64,000 nucleotides of DNA from the NCBI GenBank assembly GCA_030704615.1, contig CM060731.1:52948001-53012000 (forward strand), given 5' to 3'. Below the pieces are notes generated by a model. That model was not told the DNA's origin. It made no database searches and saw nothing but the letters and a program-made list of their open reading frames with translations. The translations under genes were made by a program, and so were the position numbers. This document shows, piece by piece, positions 1 to 11,829 of this stretch (position 1 is the first letter of the stretch; each line of letters starts with the position of its first letter). The stretch comes from Takakia lepidozioides (lineage: Eukaryota; Plantae; Bryophyta).

Positions 1-3000
1 TCCTTCTTGTAGCGGTCATCTCTTTCTGGATGTGACTCTCAACCCCCTTTGTTGTCCTTCTCTCCTCAGGGGTAAAGCTGTAGTATTCCAGTTTGCCACG
101 CTCCCCTGCATCTGCAATGTCTTGCTGCAAGGGAATGCAAGAGAGTTGCATCAGCACAAGGTCAAGGGAAACAAACAGAAACAAACATGTGGAATATGGA
201 AGACCAGATGAAGGAAGATGTATCTCACCGTGTACATGTACTCCATGAAAGCCTCACGGGTCAACGAGTACCACGTTTCCGATGTCTTGGAGCTTTCGCA
301 CTTCTTGTACATCTCCGCTGAAAGGATGGTCTTGAAGTTGGTCAAGGGCATCTGCCCGATCCTTTGTATCCTATACAGTGTGTGAACCAAACTCGTTTTG
401 ACATGCGATGTCTCCGTTCCTCTGCAGAATGATATCTGTAAGTCAGAATGAAATTCAAGGTCTTCAATCAAAGAAGAATGGAACCACAAGTGGAACATGT
501 AGAATGAGAAACCAACATGTTCACATCATTCATTGCCGTCAGAAGACCCATCATGTTCCCGTCACAATCCAGCACCATCGATCGAACAGAGTAATGCCAC
601 TCTTCCTCCTGTGAGTGCAGCCTCCCAATGACAGCCATCCATGCAAGCAAGCGGTGGTTCCCATCCCAAACGTGAAACATCTTTCCCGAGAATGCCTGGG
701 TGGAAGGTTTCCTGGAGAGAAGAAGTTTGAAGGATTCGTTCAGCTGTCTCCAAATGGGGTCCCAGGAGTCCACGATTGACTCATCCACGAGGAGCTCATT
801 ACCTTTGGAATCCCTAGTAGAAACGTAAAAGACTGCGGATCCATCCAAATACCCATGAACAAACTCGGCCTCCAGCTTGAGAATGTCCTTGACGAGGGGT
901 GGACGAACGACGGGCATGGAAACCAACATACACAGGGGAATCTTCAACCTCCCACCCGGGGCAAGCATACTTTGCACCACAAGCTTAGAGTTTACCTTCT
1001 GACCCCCCAGCATCTCAGCAGCTTTGCTTTCATAGAACTCATCGTCCACATCAACAATTATCTCCTTCTCCTGACCCGAAGGGACCTCATCTGCCACACT
1101 TTGCATCTTCTCCTGCAGGGTTGTTCATTCAACTTGATATTAGAGAGGCATGAAACGTCGGCTGAGGCATGAAAAAGTGGGCTCAAAGAGTGTGCGTTGA
1201 CGCACACTATTTTAAGCTGCCAGGTAAGTGTACATTGACCCTCACAGACATGTCCTATGTTGCCGAATTCCACAGAAAAAGACAATGTAAAAGTGGGCTC
1301 AAACAGTGTGCGTTGACGCACACTGTTTCACTTGCCAGGTAAATGATCATTGAACATCTACTTGCGCCAGGTAAGTGTTCATTGTAAACTCCAAGATATG
1401 CGGCCGATTTCGGATGAAAAAAGTGAAAAGGTGAGTTCGAACAGTGTGACATGTACAGCTCAAACAGTGTGCGTTGACGCACACTGTTTGAGCTGCCAGT
1501 GAGGGATTTTTTCATCCCCAGAAACGTGCCCTAAAGGTCGAATTTCAATCGGAAAAAACACTTACATGTTCAGCTCAAATAGTGTGCGCCAACACACACT
1601 GTTTGAGCTGCCACTGAATGGTTATTTCATCTTCAAAAACCTGCCCTGGAAGTCCGAATTTAACTCCAAGAACAGTGACATGTACAGCTCAAACAGTGTG
1701 CGTTGACGCACACTGTTTGAGCTGCCAGTGAGGGATTCTTTCATCCCCAGAAACGTGCCCTAAAGGTCAAATTTCAATCGGAAAAAACACTTACATGTTC
1801 AGCTCAAACAGTGTGCGCCAACGCACACTGTTTGAGCTGCCACTGAATGGTTATTTTATCATCATAAACCTGCCCTAGAAGTCCGAATTTAACACCAAAA
1901 ACACAGTGACATGTACAGCTCAAACAGTGTGCGTTGACGCACACTGTTTGAGCTGCCAGTGAGGGATTCCCAGAAACGTGCCCTAAAGGTCGAATTTCAA
2001 TCGGAAAAAACACTTACATGTTCAGCTCAAACAGTGTGCGCCAACGCACTCTGTTTGAGCTGCCACTGAATGGTTATTTCATCATCATAAACCTGCCCTG
2101 GAAGTCTGAATTTAACACCAAAAAAACAGTGACATGTATAGCTCAAACAGTGTGCGTTGACGCACACTGTTTGAGCTGCCAGTGAGGGATTCTTTCATCC
2201 TCAGAAACGTGCCCTAAAGGGCGAATTCAACACGGAGAAAACCGTGACATGTAGAGCTCAAACAGTGTGCGCCAACGCACACTGTTTGAGCTGCCACTGA
2301 AGGGTTTTCTCGTCCTGACATACATATCCTGGAAAACCGATATCCAGACGGAAACAGCAGTGAAATGTTCAGCTCAACTCACACTGATTGAGCTTGCAAT
2401 TTGGGTTGTATTGAACCTGCTGTAGTGCCCAAGTTTGGGGGTTTCGCACCTGAACAATCAAGCAAATTGGTAGGCCCAAACAGTGTGCATTGCCGCATAC
2501 TGTTTGAGCTTCCAGTTTGCGGTGCTTTCAGCCTGGTGCAGATGTCCTGTGTGGGCTATATTCATATCAGCAACGAAACACAAATGTGGGTCTTAAAGAT
2601 TTTACCTTTTTCTTGGCTGCTCCAGAAGACTCCCCAATTGCTGGGGACCCTTTGCGCTTCGGGCTGCTCTCTGCGCCAAGCGTGTACGTGAGCCTCTCCC
2701 CCTTCCTCTTTCCCGCAGGCAGACTCCTCGTGAGGCCACCTTCAACATCCTCTTCCATCTCGTCTGTCTCTCCCTCACATGCAGTGTCCTCTTCATCTGT
2801 TCTTGGAACTATGGTGGGCTGCTGTTCTTTTGCTGATTCTTGCTCCTCCATCGCCACACTTTCCTCTACTCCCTCTTCTACCTCATTTTCCTCTTCGTCC
2901 ACTCTTTCCATCCTCATTCTATCTCTGGCTCTATTCCTGTTTCTAGAGCTCGTGAAGTATAGTGACTTCCTTCTCTTCCTCCTCCGCTGGAAACAAGGGC

Positions 3001-3094
3001 TCCCCACGATGCCTCTAGAGCTCTCCAGTTTGACGTTTGTAACAAGTGCTGCTATGGCATGTAACCAAAATCGAAATTGGACGTCGTCAACCAT
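1..3094 (-). CDS. MULE accessory gene, copy 1 (ParB/Sulfiredoxin-like N-terminal domain), multi-exon, 3' part outside the window
   Basis: Exons ~3094-2570, 1112-517, 421-229, 124-<1. Introns from 516 downwards are GT-AG with compatible phases and match intron positions in copy 2. ParB-like motif FHVWDGNHRLLAW at ~648-677. Exon 1 boundaries uncertain. Confidence 0.75.
1180..2510. repeat. Intronic tandem array (~115 bp monomer, ~229 bp dimer) of 40-bp palindromes CAGCTCAAACAGTGTGCG-(TTGA/CCAA)-CGCACACTGTTTGAGCTG
   Basis: Units start at 1456, 1571, 1685, 1800, 1916, 2023, 2139, 2254, with loops alternating TTGA/CCAA. Degenerate units at ~1180, 1297, 2370, 2475. Confidence 0.95.
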
Positions 3095-3999
3095 ATTTGG
3101 ATGCGGGTGTTGTTATTGTGTGCGAACGGAATTCATCCATTCCGTCGTCTCCGTATTATCCAAGTAATAAAGCGCTAGAAAAAAAGTACATCCGTTGCAT
3201 GCACTAGCGATATATGTCAGATGTACTGCGCCGCCTGCCAATACACCGCGGCCTTCTTGCTTTCTTTCAAATTCGGATGTGCCGTAGAAATCTAATGCTA
3301 GTTCATTTTCGAGCAGTTCTTGCAGATCCGCAATAATTGTTATGCTTCACATATGCATCTACGTGTGTTGTACTGCCTACCCTGTGGTTTGCATTTTATC
3401 GTAACCGTCGCCATGGGGTCATTCGGCATAAAGGGTTCTGTCGGATACGACCATGTCTGGCACGCATTCGTGCGAGGTATCTTCTGTAGTGTCAGTGTTT
3501 GTGCTGTGCTCTTCTGACACAACACAACCTCATGACATTTGTGGTCTTCCTGTTTACTGCTCTCCAGGGTTGTTGCCGTCTTTTCATAATGGATGGTTTC
3601 ATGTCGTTTTCAGTGTTTGTTTTCATCCATAAACAACACGGCTTCTTGTAGTATTTGAAAACAGTTTTTCTGGTTAGTGCCTCTTAGCGTTGCTGTTTCC
3701 GAAGTGAAGGTGCATCTCATCCCTACATCCTTTGCATGCATCACCCGCAACCTTTGGGTTGGAGCTACCCTTGTTGACCTCAGTTTGCTTGTCTTAATTC
3801 CCCTTTCGGTGATTGCGGGCTATCAGTTCGAGGATTCCGCAACTTTTGTTCAGTGAGGGAAAACATGTCGAGGGAGCGAGATACACTTGCTCGATTCATT
3901 CCAATGCAGGTACTCTTCCACTGACTGCCACTGCAGACGACGATGGGTTTGCAGTTGTTCATGAGGATGAGCTGGTTACAGTGTTCCCGCTGGAGTTGG

Positions 4000-6330
4000 G
4001 TATTTCTCCGTGTTGAGCTCTCCCAATATTCGAAACCAGGTGAATGCACTCAGAATGGGCACAGGCACTGCTGGATTCATGGACAACATTATGGACCTGA
4101 AACGGAGGAGTCATTCAAAACAGTATCTTCCCTGGCTAGGGCTCGTCCAAGGTGTATTTGTTCAAGATGTCCGCTGTGGGCGAAGGCAGTGGTGTGAGCA
4201 TTGTCCGCCGTATGCAACCAGGAGGAGATTTGGCTAAATGTTGGTTAATGTTTGATCACTGCAAACGGGTGAAGGGTTGGACAACCATGGCGTGCCATGT
4301 GTATGATCCGGCGTACCAGCGTGTGCTCTCCATAGCAATTTGTGATATGGAGTCGGAGGACACTGAATCCCAGATGCTCATGTGGAATTCGCTCTTGGCC
4401 GTCATGCAGCGCAATGGAATACAAAACACAAATTTTGCGGGCTTCATGGCTGATAGTGCACAGGCAAATGCAGTGCGACGCGTGTTTGGTTCGGGGGATC
4501 CTAAGGTCCCAATGGAAAATAGGGAGCGCACATGCCTCTTCCATTGGACTCAATCTCTGGCACGTCATACAAAGCGCTGCATTCGCCCTGACCTGCAGTT
4601 GGAGCACAGAAGGCTCTGTCTCAAGTACAAGAATGCCACCTCAATGGGAGAAGCTGAGAGCACTTACCAGGCAATCCGGGCTTGGTGGTTCTCCTCTGGT
4701 GCTGCAACAGGTACCCACGTAAAGGAGTTGGAGGACTGGTTGGTTTTCTGGCACTTCAGGTACAGACAGTGGGGAGCTTTCATGACGACGGTAAGCCTCT
4801 TCAATCCCAAAAACAGAAATTTTGCATCATGCCTGTTCATTTGGGGTTCTTCGATTGTCACTTGAAGAACCTCTACCATTGTTTTCGTTCCTCACATATC
4901 CATGCAATGCCTCCTGCAGGACATGTCCTTGGAGGACTTGGCCGACATGCCATCCTGTAATTTGGCGGAGACTGTTCACAACGCCTGGATGCAGCAGTCT
5001 ACCAAAGTAGGTCGTGACTTGTATGTGGCCACTGCTGATGACATGGTGCGTGCACTTACACAACAAACCAGGTACCACAATTTTCTGATGGGACGGGGTG
5101 GAGGCAAGGGCCCTGATACGACTTTGTTGATGCTAAGGGCTGCGAGTAGGTCTGGTGTCCCGTCAAAGATGGCCAGAGCTCTAAACAGATGCACTGAAGG
5201 GTCCCCTCTACAATCCAGGCTCCCCCATTTAGAAGACGAGGAAAGATTTGGATCATGCAAAAGGAAATTGAACACTCTTCCAAGGTCAGATGGAGATTCC
5301 CATTGGCCAAACAGGGTCAATTTCTCTGTGCCAAAGGTGTCTCCACTGCAGACTGAGTCGTGTGCCCGCCCCTTCCCAGGTGGGTCCTCCTCCAGTGGAG
5401 CAGGCGCAGAACATACAAGCATAGCAGCGGGAATCCCATTGGAGGAGGTGGTGGCCATGGTGCAGGAATCCGATTGCATTGATAGTGAGTGGCATATAGA
5501 ACGCACCCCACCAGGATCTAGAGTGGCTTGCATGGCAATTCGGACCCCCTCATTCAAGAAATGCAAATCAAAGATATGCAAAGGCTCCAGGGGGACTCCA
5601 GCTCCAACATTCACAGGGTTGTTCCGACCTTATCATAGTAGGGAGTCAAAGGACCACAAATTTTGGTTCTGCCCAGACGATATGGCACGATGCGTGAAGG
5701 GAACAGTTCGTCCTTCGGTGATAATGAAACCCCCTCCCCCGCAATTTGGCCTGTGCAATTGGGACGTCGCTGTCATCAACCGAGATAAGCATGCTGGAGG
5801 AGGGAGGGTTTTGTCTTGCACAGTCCCGTGTGGTGCCCTCATGCACTGTCGGCACAGATGTGCCACATGCTCCGGCAATGCCGCCACCCGGTGCCGACTC
5901 CCACCCAACAAAAAGAGATGGAAAAACAGTGCGCCGTTTCGCTTCGGGTGCAGATCACGAATGCAAGATGGAATCTGCTAGAATTTTGCAGGCTCGGGTG
6001 TCTCGTATCACCAAAGTCCCTTCTCTGGGGTATGGACGGATTTACACAGTGCTGTCAATTGGGTCAGTTCTTCATGGCAAAGAATATCAGGTTACCGTGG
6101 GGAACTTCCTTTCGTGCACTTGTCCGGACTTTGTAACGATGCGTGAGGGCGCTCTCGGCATGAGAGGGAAGTGGGTCCCCTGCAAGCATCAATATTACAT
6201 ATACCTTGTGATTATGTGTTGCGACGGTAAGAGAGACCAATTCATCCACCAAGCCACACTAGGCTATGGAGAAGTGAACACCCTTCTACAGCGGGACACC
6301 TCGCGTGGAGCTCCGCCAACTTCTCTTTGA
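4000..6330 (+). pseudogene. MULE transposase (DDE + C-terminal SWIM), copy 1; frameshifted, N-terminal domain missing
   Basis: MFDH..., FMADSAQAN-AVRRVFG...CLFHW (second D and CxxH), CNLAETVH (catalytic E), SWIM CTCPDF...PCKH. Intron 4791-4919 shared with copy 2. Homology to copy 2 begins only at ~4000. Confidence 0.85.
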
Positions 6331-6644
6331 ACACATACGAGCCATGCCCGCTTCCCATGCTGGTTTGCAGGTTGCCGTGTGAAGACTTTGCATTTCTGAC
6401 AAACATATGGATTTCGTTTACGGAACCAGGGCAAATGCACATGCAATTCATTGTAAGCGTCTATCTGTGAATTGAAATAAACTGTGACAATCATTCTGAG
6501 CTCAAATCTGCCATGTTTTCATATTTCTGTTTTTGAGCGGGCATTGCAGACATGGTGTGTGTTGGCCCCCTTTGTTTTGTCCACGGTAATATGCCCTCTT
6601 CCTGCAATCCTCGCCTATAGGACCTTCTTCTCCAGCAGATTCGT

Positions 6645-6774
6645 GCCGCTCACGCTTCCCTGAAGCGTGAGCTCAGCTCACGCTTTGTAGCTTGAACGTG
6701 AGCTCAGCTCCCAGGCTCACGGGGTTGGGCTCACGCCGTAGCTACGCTCCTGAACTCTTTGGGCTGGGACACTA
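6645..6774. repeat. Subterminal GCTCACGC/GCGTGAGC repeats of MULE copy 1
   Basis: Several direct and inverted copies, including GCGTGAGC-TCA-GCTCACGC at 6665-6683. Same motif as 23515-23645. Confidence 0.8.
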
Positions 6775-6780
6775 CACGAT

Positions 6781-8000
6781 TCATCTAGAGAGAGAAGACT
6801 CCGGCCGAAACCAGCATAACTAAGAGCCACTTCGCCTCACGGCTACTACTCATTTTCGGGGGTGGGCCCTATAAGGAAGCAGGCTAAGCCTGCAGGTGTC
6901 AAGGGGTACTGGGAATCAAGGGATAGGGGTATCTATGGAACCGAGGGGGGTTGGATTCTAGTTGCCGTTTATTAGTGAAAATAGTTGTGGGGGAGCGGAG
7001 CGTCGTGAGGTGGATTGCCTAGAAGCATTTGTGGATATGAGAGATAGGGATGTTAAATTTCTTATGTATTGCGGTATACTGACATTGTGGATGTCACGGC
7101 CTCTAATACCAGTAGTGATGACGGTTAGTGGGCCGGTGTTCCAACCTCGTTTGCAAATTGCTAGGAAGAGCGGGACATATAATTTCTATCGTTTGTCTAA
7201 AGTGAAGGAATCGGGGTAACGATCATGACAGTATGTAAATGGATGGTGAGGTTTGGGGACGAAGTAGTGGGGGGGGGTTTATAGGTAAACCATGGACAAG
7301 CAAGATGTTTGGGCGGAGCAAGTGCAAGGTGAGTGGGGGCAGACACATGGAAGTAACCATGGTGGTACAATATGGTCTAGGGGTCTACCTTGGTAGGTGC
7401 CGACATTAATGAGTGAAAACCATTTGGTTTTAGTGTGGTGCATGAGAAGTTTATGCATGTGCAAGACTACGTGGTTATGTCAAGTAATACGAAGTCCATA
7501 GATGAGATAGGGTGGGTATACTGGCTAAGGAAGTGAGGCCAGGTGTCACGAACTTGGTGGGTGTGTGAGCAAAATGAGCAGTGTGGCAATGGGTATAAGC
7601 GTGGCCATAAAATGTGTTTGCGTTGGTGGCCGATACATTGAGCTTATCTGTATTTGAGTGTTTGTCTTATTTGTGCGTCAGTTGCAGCTTTGGTGTGTTT
7701 GAAGGAGTTTGACAGCTTATAATGAAGTACGGTGGATTGTGTCCATTTTTTAATGTGTACTTTGGTGTCGGTTATAGATGCTAGCTGGGCTTGTTTGTTA
7801 GCTTCACGAGTGAGGATGGTCAAAAAATTACGTATTGCTCGGGGTTCAGGGGGGTCTGGCAACGGGGTGTATTAGCCAGAATAGGTGGGCATGTGCGATG
7901 TGAATGGGATCGTCCGTTGGATCTACTCGGGGTCTGGAAGTGCCTTCATGAGCAAGGAGGTCTGCTGCTTCATTGCCGTTTATACTGGTGTGTGAGCGAA
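6781..8000 (-). mobile_element. 5'-truncated, decayed non-LTR retrotransposon 3' end: RNase H + CCHC knuckle + restriction-like endonuclease (Dualen/RandI-like)
   Basis: Manual minus-strand translation: RSHTSINGNEAADLLAHEG (RNase H, ~7998-7942); CSFC...RDTWPHFL...GLRIT*HN (CCHC + RHN); LRPNILL...FTYCHD...KLYVPLFLAICKRGW..P..VITTGIRG (RLE). Multiple stops and frameshifts. Confidence 0.75.
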
Positions 8001-8515
8001 TTCATCTGGAATATATATCCCCAATATTCTAATAGTTTGTCAACATTCTACCCACTATTCTATCGTTCCCCACTAGGTGTTGGACATATCCCCAATATTC
8101 TATCGTTCGTCACTAGGGGGTTGGTATCACGTGAGCACAGAGTTAAGAGAAACGGAGTGAGCACAAAATAAATCGCCGCGTGAGTAAAATCCACGGTTAT
8201 GGGGGTAATATGTACATCAGCGGAAATACAAATAATATGTGGACATAGGGACTTTACTGCGCTAATAGGCGATACACCGAATCTGAATATAACTTAAACC
8301 TGAATATCAGAATCCACATGCACCTGTCAAATAGTTCAAACTTCTAGTCAAGTTTCGCTGGCAAAATCCATTTTCATTTCGTTGGCGAAACCCATTTTCT
8401 GGGTGGTTATTGGAGATGTTCTAAACACAATGTTACCAAATGCCACATTGTTTACTACGCTGACCTTTGAGTTCTGGCAGATATATTTGTGGGTCATTGT
8501 GCTCACGCGACTTAA

Positions 8516-9628
8516 CCCTTAAGCGCCCAGTGCCCAATGTTGACTTTTTGAAAAAAATGGACCCCAGCTCAGAAAAATGAGAATATCTCAGCGAAAAAAA
8601 AGTTTTTGGGAAAATTGACCAGACATTATGCTCATACCTACCCCTTCCAGACACCTGTAAATTTCCAGGCCAATCAGGCGAAAATCAGAGAAATGCCACC
8701 GTTGAGTGTGGGGCCCATTTTTTGGGCCCCTCCCAAAACAATAAGGGAAATTGGAGGAATTCGCAATTTTCAATGACGGGTTGAAATCTGCAGGACCTCA
8801 TCCTGCTTACAGGTGTTGTCCAGCACATTGGCATTTTGATGAGCCATAGAATGCAAAAAATGGATTCATATTTTCTGATTTACAACTGGTCAAAGTAAGG
8901 GGGGTCAAAATGCCATAGGCAGCAGCAGTTTTGCTGAAGCACAAAGACAGCTGGCATGTGCACATCAGCTGATGTCCAAGCAGGTTGACCACTTACGTGG
9001 CAACCTAGGGGGTGTCCACGCAGGTCAACCGCCCACGTGGCAGGCTGGAAGGTGTTTCAAAAAATGTCCCATCCAACCTAGAAATTTGCTCTTTATCATA
9101 ATGTTTTTTTGACAGTATGTTTACATTGGGGCGAAGCATAAACTGACCGTAAGAATTTGGATTCCAAGAAAAAATTCTAGACATTTTTAGGAGCCTTGGT
9201 TCACTACAGCAAATTGGGGAAATTTATCCCCCAAAATTCACATACAAAGCAGACCATTGATTTTTTTGGAATTTGGGTCTCACTTCTTGAGAGGGCACTT
9301 GGTATGTGCCACAGCTTACAAATATGGTAGGCATTCTGGAGGGAAGATTCAACCCGATATAGCAAATGTCTGGTCAAACCAAAGTTACCCCTTCTTTTGG
9401 GTAGTGAACTTGTAAAAGTCATGTTTCCTTTTGCTATAATCTGCAAATTACAACGGTCAAATGGGCTGAAACTTTATGAGTAGATGGATGTGGTAGTTAC
9501 ATATGGATTTATAAGGTTCAAATATGTGGATGATTATAGGTAAGGAGTTACACCCTCATCCATGTCATCCATGAGTGTGTGTACCATTTTGGGGGTGGCC
9601 CACCAAAACTTAGCTGGTCGCTTAAGGG
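8516..9628. mobile_element. Non-autonomous piggyBac-like element (1113 bp)
   Basis: TTAA at 8512-8515 and 9629-9632. TIRs CCCTTAAGCGCCCAG (8516-8530) and CTGGTCGCTTAAGGG (9614-9628), 14/15 match. CCC termini. No recognisable ORF. Confidence 0.85.
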
Positions 9629-9970
9629 TTAAGACTAATTATCAGGCTGAATCGGCCACTCAGGGTGTGCAGCCGATTCGGCATGCCGAATGGCTGGGAT
9701 GGCCTATTAAGTATCAAGTATCAACCCCAATCAGATTGCGCTAGATAATGACGAGAATACTCCACAACCTGTTTTTAAGCCAGGGAGCCCATAAGGCGAG
9801 CCTTTTGGTGAAGTGGGAGCCATAAACGGCACCACGTGCCCGCTCTCTAGTACATAATTGGCATGACTTTTATTTTTATGTATTTTTAAACTTCTTTTCT
9901 TGTTTTTGGGAAAGGGAAACACCTGGGAGCGACAACTCACAAATTAGGCCATTAATCGTGAGGGGGGTTG

Positions 9971-10297
9971 TGTCAAGTTATTTTACCACTAGTGTGAAAC
10001 TAGCTAGGAAATAGCTAGCTTTTACATATTGACATTTGGGATTGGCCCAAGTGTCAATCCAGGGGTCAAGGCATATTTAGGCCCTGGAGTGGTTATCTTC
10101 ACGGCAAACGCGGGAGGCTCATCTTTCTCGAGTTGAACCTCACCGCGCCTAGCTATGGCGCCGTAGTGTGGATTCCCCATGGCGTGGGGTGCATTTGGCT
10201 TGACTTCTATTTGAGTGATGAGGTTCTATATGCATGAGTTTATGCTTCAACTTTGTGAGCTCGCATGAGCTTGTGCTTGTATTCTTCTTCTTAATCA
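9971..10297 (+). repeat. 5' terminal repeat A (327 bp, TG...CA) of the Gypsy family
   Basis: Collinear, same-length reverse complement of 53534-53860. Confidence 0.9.
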
Positions 10298-10313
10298 CTT
10301 GAGAAAGATGAGC
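10298..10313 (+). promoter_or_regulatory. Putative self-priming primer-binding site
   Basis: CTTGAGAAAGATGAGC lies directly after repeat A and is complementary (15/16, remaining pair G:U) to GCTCATCTTTCTCGAG at 10117-10132. No TGG tRNA-type PBS. Confidence 0.7.
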
Positions 10314-10980
10314 TCGTATTTGTGAGTGCCAGATACGAGTTAGTTGTAGCACTTGTGGTTTTTGCTTGAGAATGAGAGAAACCAGGTTGTTATGCAAGGA
10401 GCACCGTGGAGCTCTTGGTTGTTAGAAGCGGAGGCGATGTGGGTTACGAGGTGGTAGACCTTGGCATTCGATCTTCAGCTTCAGAGATGAAAGCACCATG
10501 TTGCAAGTAATTCCAGAGCACCTTGATGGTTTCAAATTGTGTACATGCATGAGCAAGCACGATTGGGAAGAGGACCACTCAAGAGCAGGTTATAGTGGCT
10601 TTGGTGGCAAAGCTGAGAACTGGACTTGGGAATGCGAGCTTTCATTGTGTGAAGGATTGCAAGACCAAGCGAAAGGGCTGATTTGGTTTGGGGCAAATCA
10701 GTGCACTTTGTGGAGTATGTTGAGATTGGGTTTCAATCTCGAGCTTCAACATTGAGAGGGCTCTTGTCATGGCAAGAGCAGGGCTGGAACAGGAGCTAAG
10801 AGGTGCGGCAAGGCCATGGAATGTGCACCTAGGGTTTCAGAGCTTGGAAGAAGAGCTCTTGCACCACAAGAGGAGTGTCTTGTGGCTGGAAATGTAAGCC
10901 TTAGGGTTTCAGGAGCTTGGCAAAGGTTGTGGAGTGCTTAGTCTTGTCTTAGAGAGCATCAAGGAGCCAAGGAGCCAAGA

Positions 10981-11400
10981 TAGGGGGCTGATACCTCTTG
11001 TGTGAAGAGGTTGCATGTGTGGAGCATGTATTCAGCTCAATTGAAGCTTCCATCTTCAAGCTTGGAGGGCAAGCAAGGAAGAGGGAAGGGCTGACTTCCC
11101 TTATGTGAGGGCAATGCATGTGTGGAGCATGCTTTCAGACTATTGAAGGCTTGTACTTTCAAGTTTGGGAGTGCAAGAAAGGAAGGAAGGGGCTGGTTTC
11201 CCTGTAGGGCATGTGTGAAGCATGTTTCCAGCCTGCTGAAGCTTGTATTTTCAGGTTGGTGGGTGCAAGAAAGAAAGCAAAGGGGCTGATTCTCTGGTGG
11301 TGAGAGTGGGGCATGTGTGGAGCATGCCTTCAGTCCATTGGGCTTTTGTTTTCAAGCTTTAGAGAACTAGAAGAGAAGGTAAGGGGCTGATCTGCTCTTA
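10981..11400 (+). repeat. Imperfect ~100-bp tandem repeat in the Gypsy leader
   Basis: GGGGCTG...GCATGTGTGGAGCATG cores at ~11013, 11116, 11209, 11311. Confidence 0.7.
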
Positions 11401-11829
11401 TGTGACAGTCCGACACTTGTAAAGCGTGTTCTGAGTTGGGGTTTAAACCTCAAGCCTAGATAGAGCATGGCTCTTGAAGTGGCAGGTGTAGGGGGCTGGA
11501 ATAGGCTCTAAGACAGATGTTATGGCCAAGGGAAACGCTTGAATGAGTGCTCACAAGGGCTGGAAACCAGCAAGGCTTGGTTGTTTGCCATTGAGTTTAG
11601 TGGCGTGTTTGGGGAGTCTAAGTGAGAAAGAAGGCTTGGTTTGTGGCAACCATCTTCCTCATGGCTTAGGGCTACTATTGGTGGTGTGTGGGAGCCGAAA
11701 GAGCAAGAATACCTTGCTGATTTCTTCACAGCCACCATAGCTTGGTGCAAAGAAGCCTAGAGTCCAAGAGACACAAACCCTAGCTTGGCATGGCTAAACC
11801 CCTTGGAGAAATGGCTAAACTGTCATGAG

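Larger units (their letters stand above)
1..6774. mobile_element. Mutator-superfamily (MULE) DNA transposon, copy 1; left part runs off the window; degenerate
   Basis: Transposase (+) and divergent accessory gene (-) in the same layout as copy 2. GCTCACGC subterminal repeats end at ...GGGACACTA (6774), comparable to ...TGACCCTG (23660) in copy 2. Exact terminus inferred. Confidence 0.8.

Noticed and set aside
468-1106. Bacterial or phage contamination as the source of the ParB/MTase motifs
   Set aside because: The gene has conserved GT-AG introns, occurs in three diverged copies beside eukaryotic transposases, and is contiguous with plant genes.
1180-2510. CRISPR-like array of 40-bp palindromic repeats
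   Set aside because: The ~65-75-bp spacers are themselves repeated in A/B alternation, the array is inside a spliceosomal intron, and there are no cas genes.
9960-9970. PPT-like GAGGGGGG before repeat A, suggesting A is a 3' LTR of an upstream element
   Set aside because: No retroelement coding sequence upstream, and A is followed by a PBS-like site and the gag leader; treated as coincidental flank, though not fully excluded.
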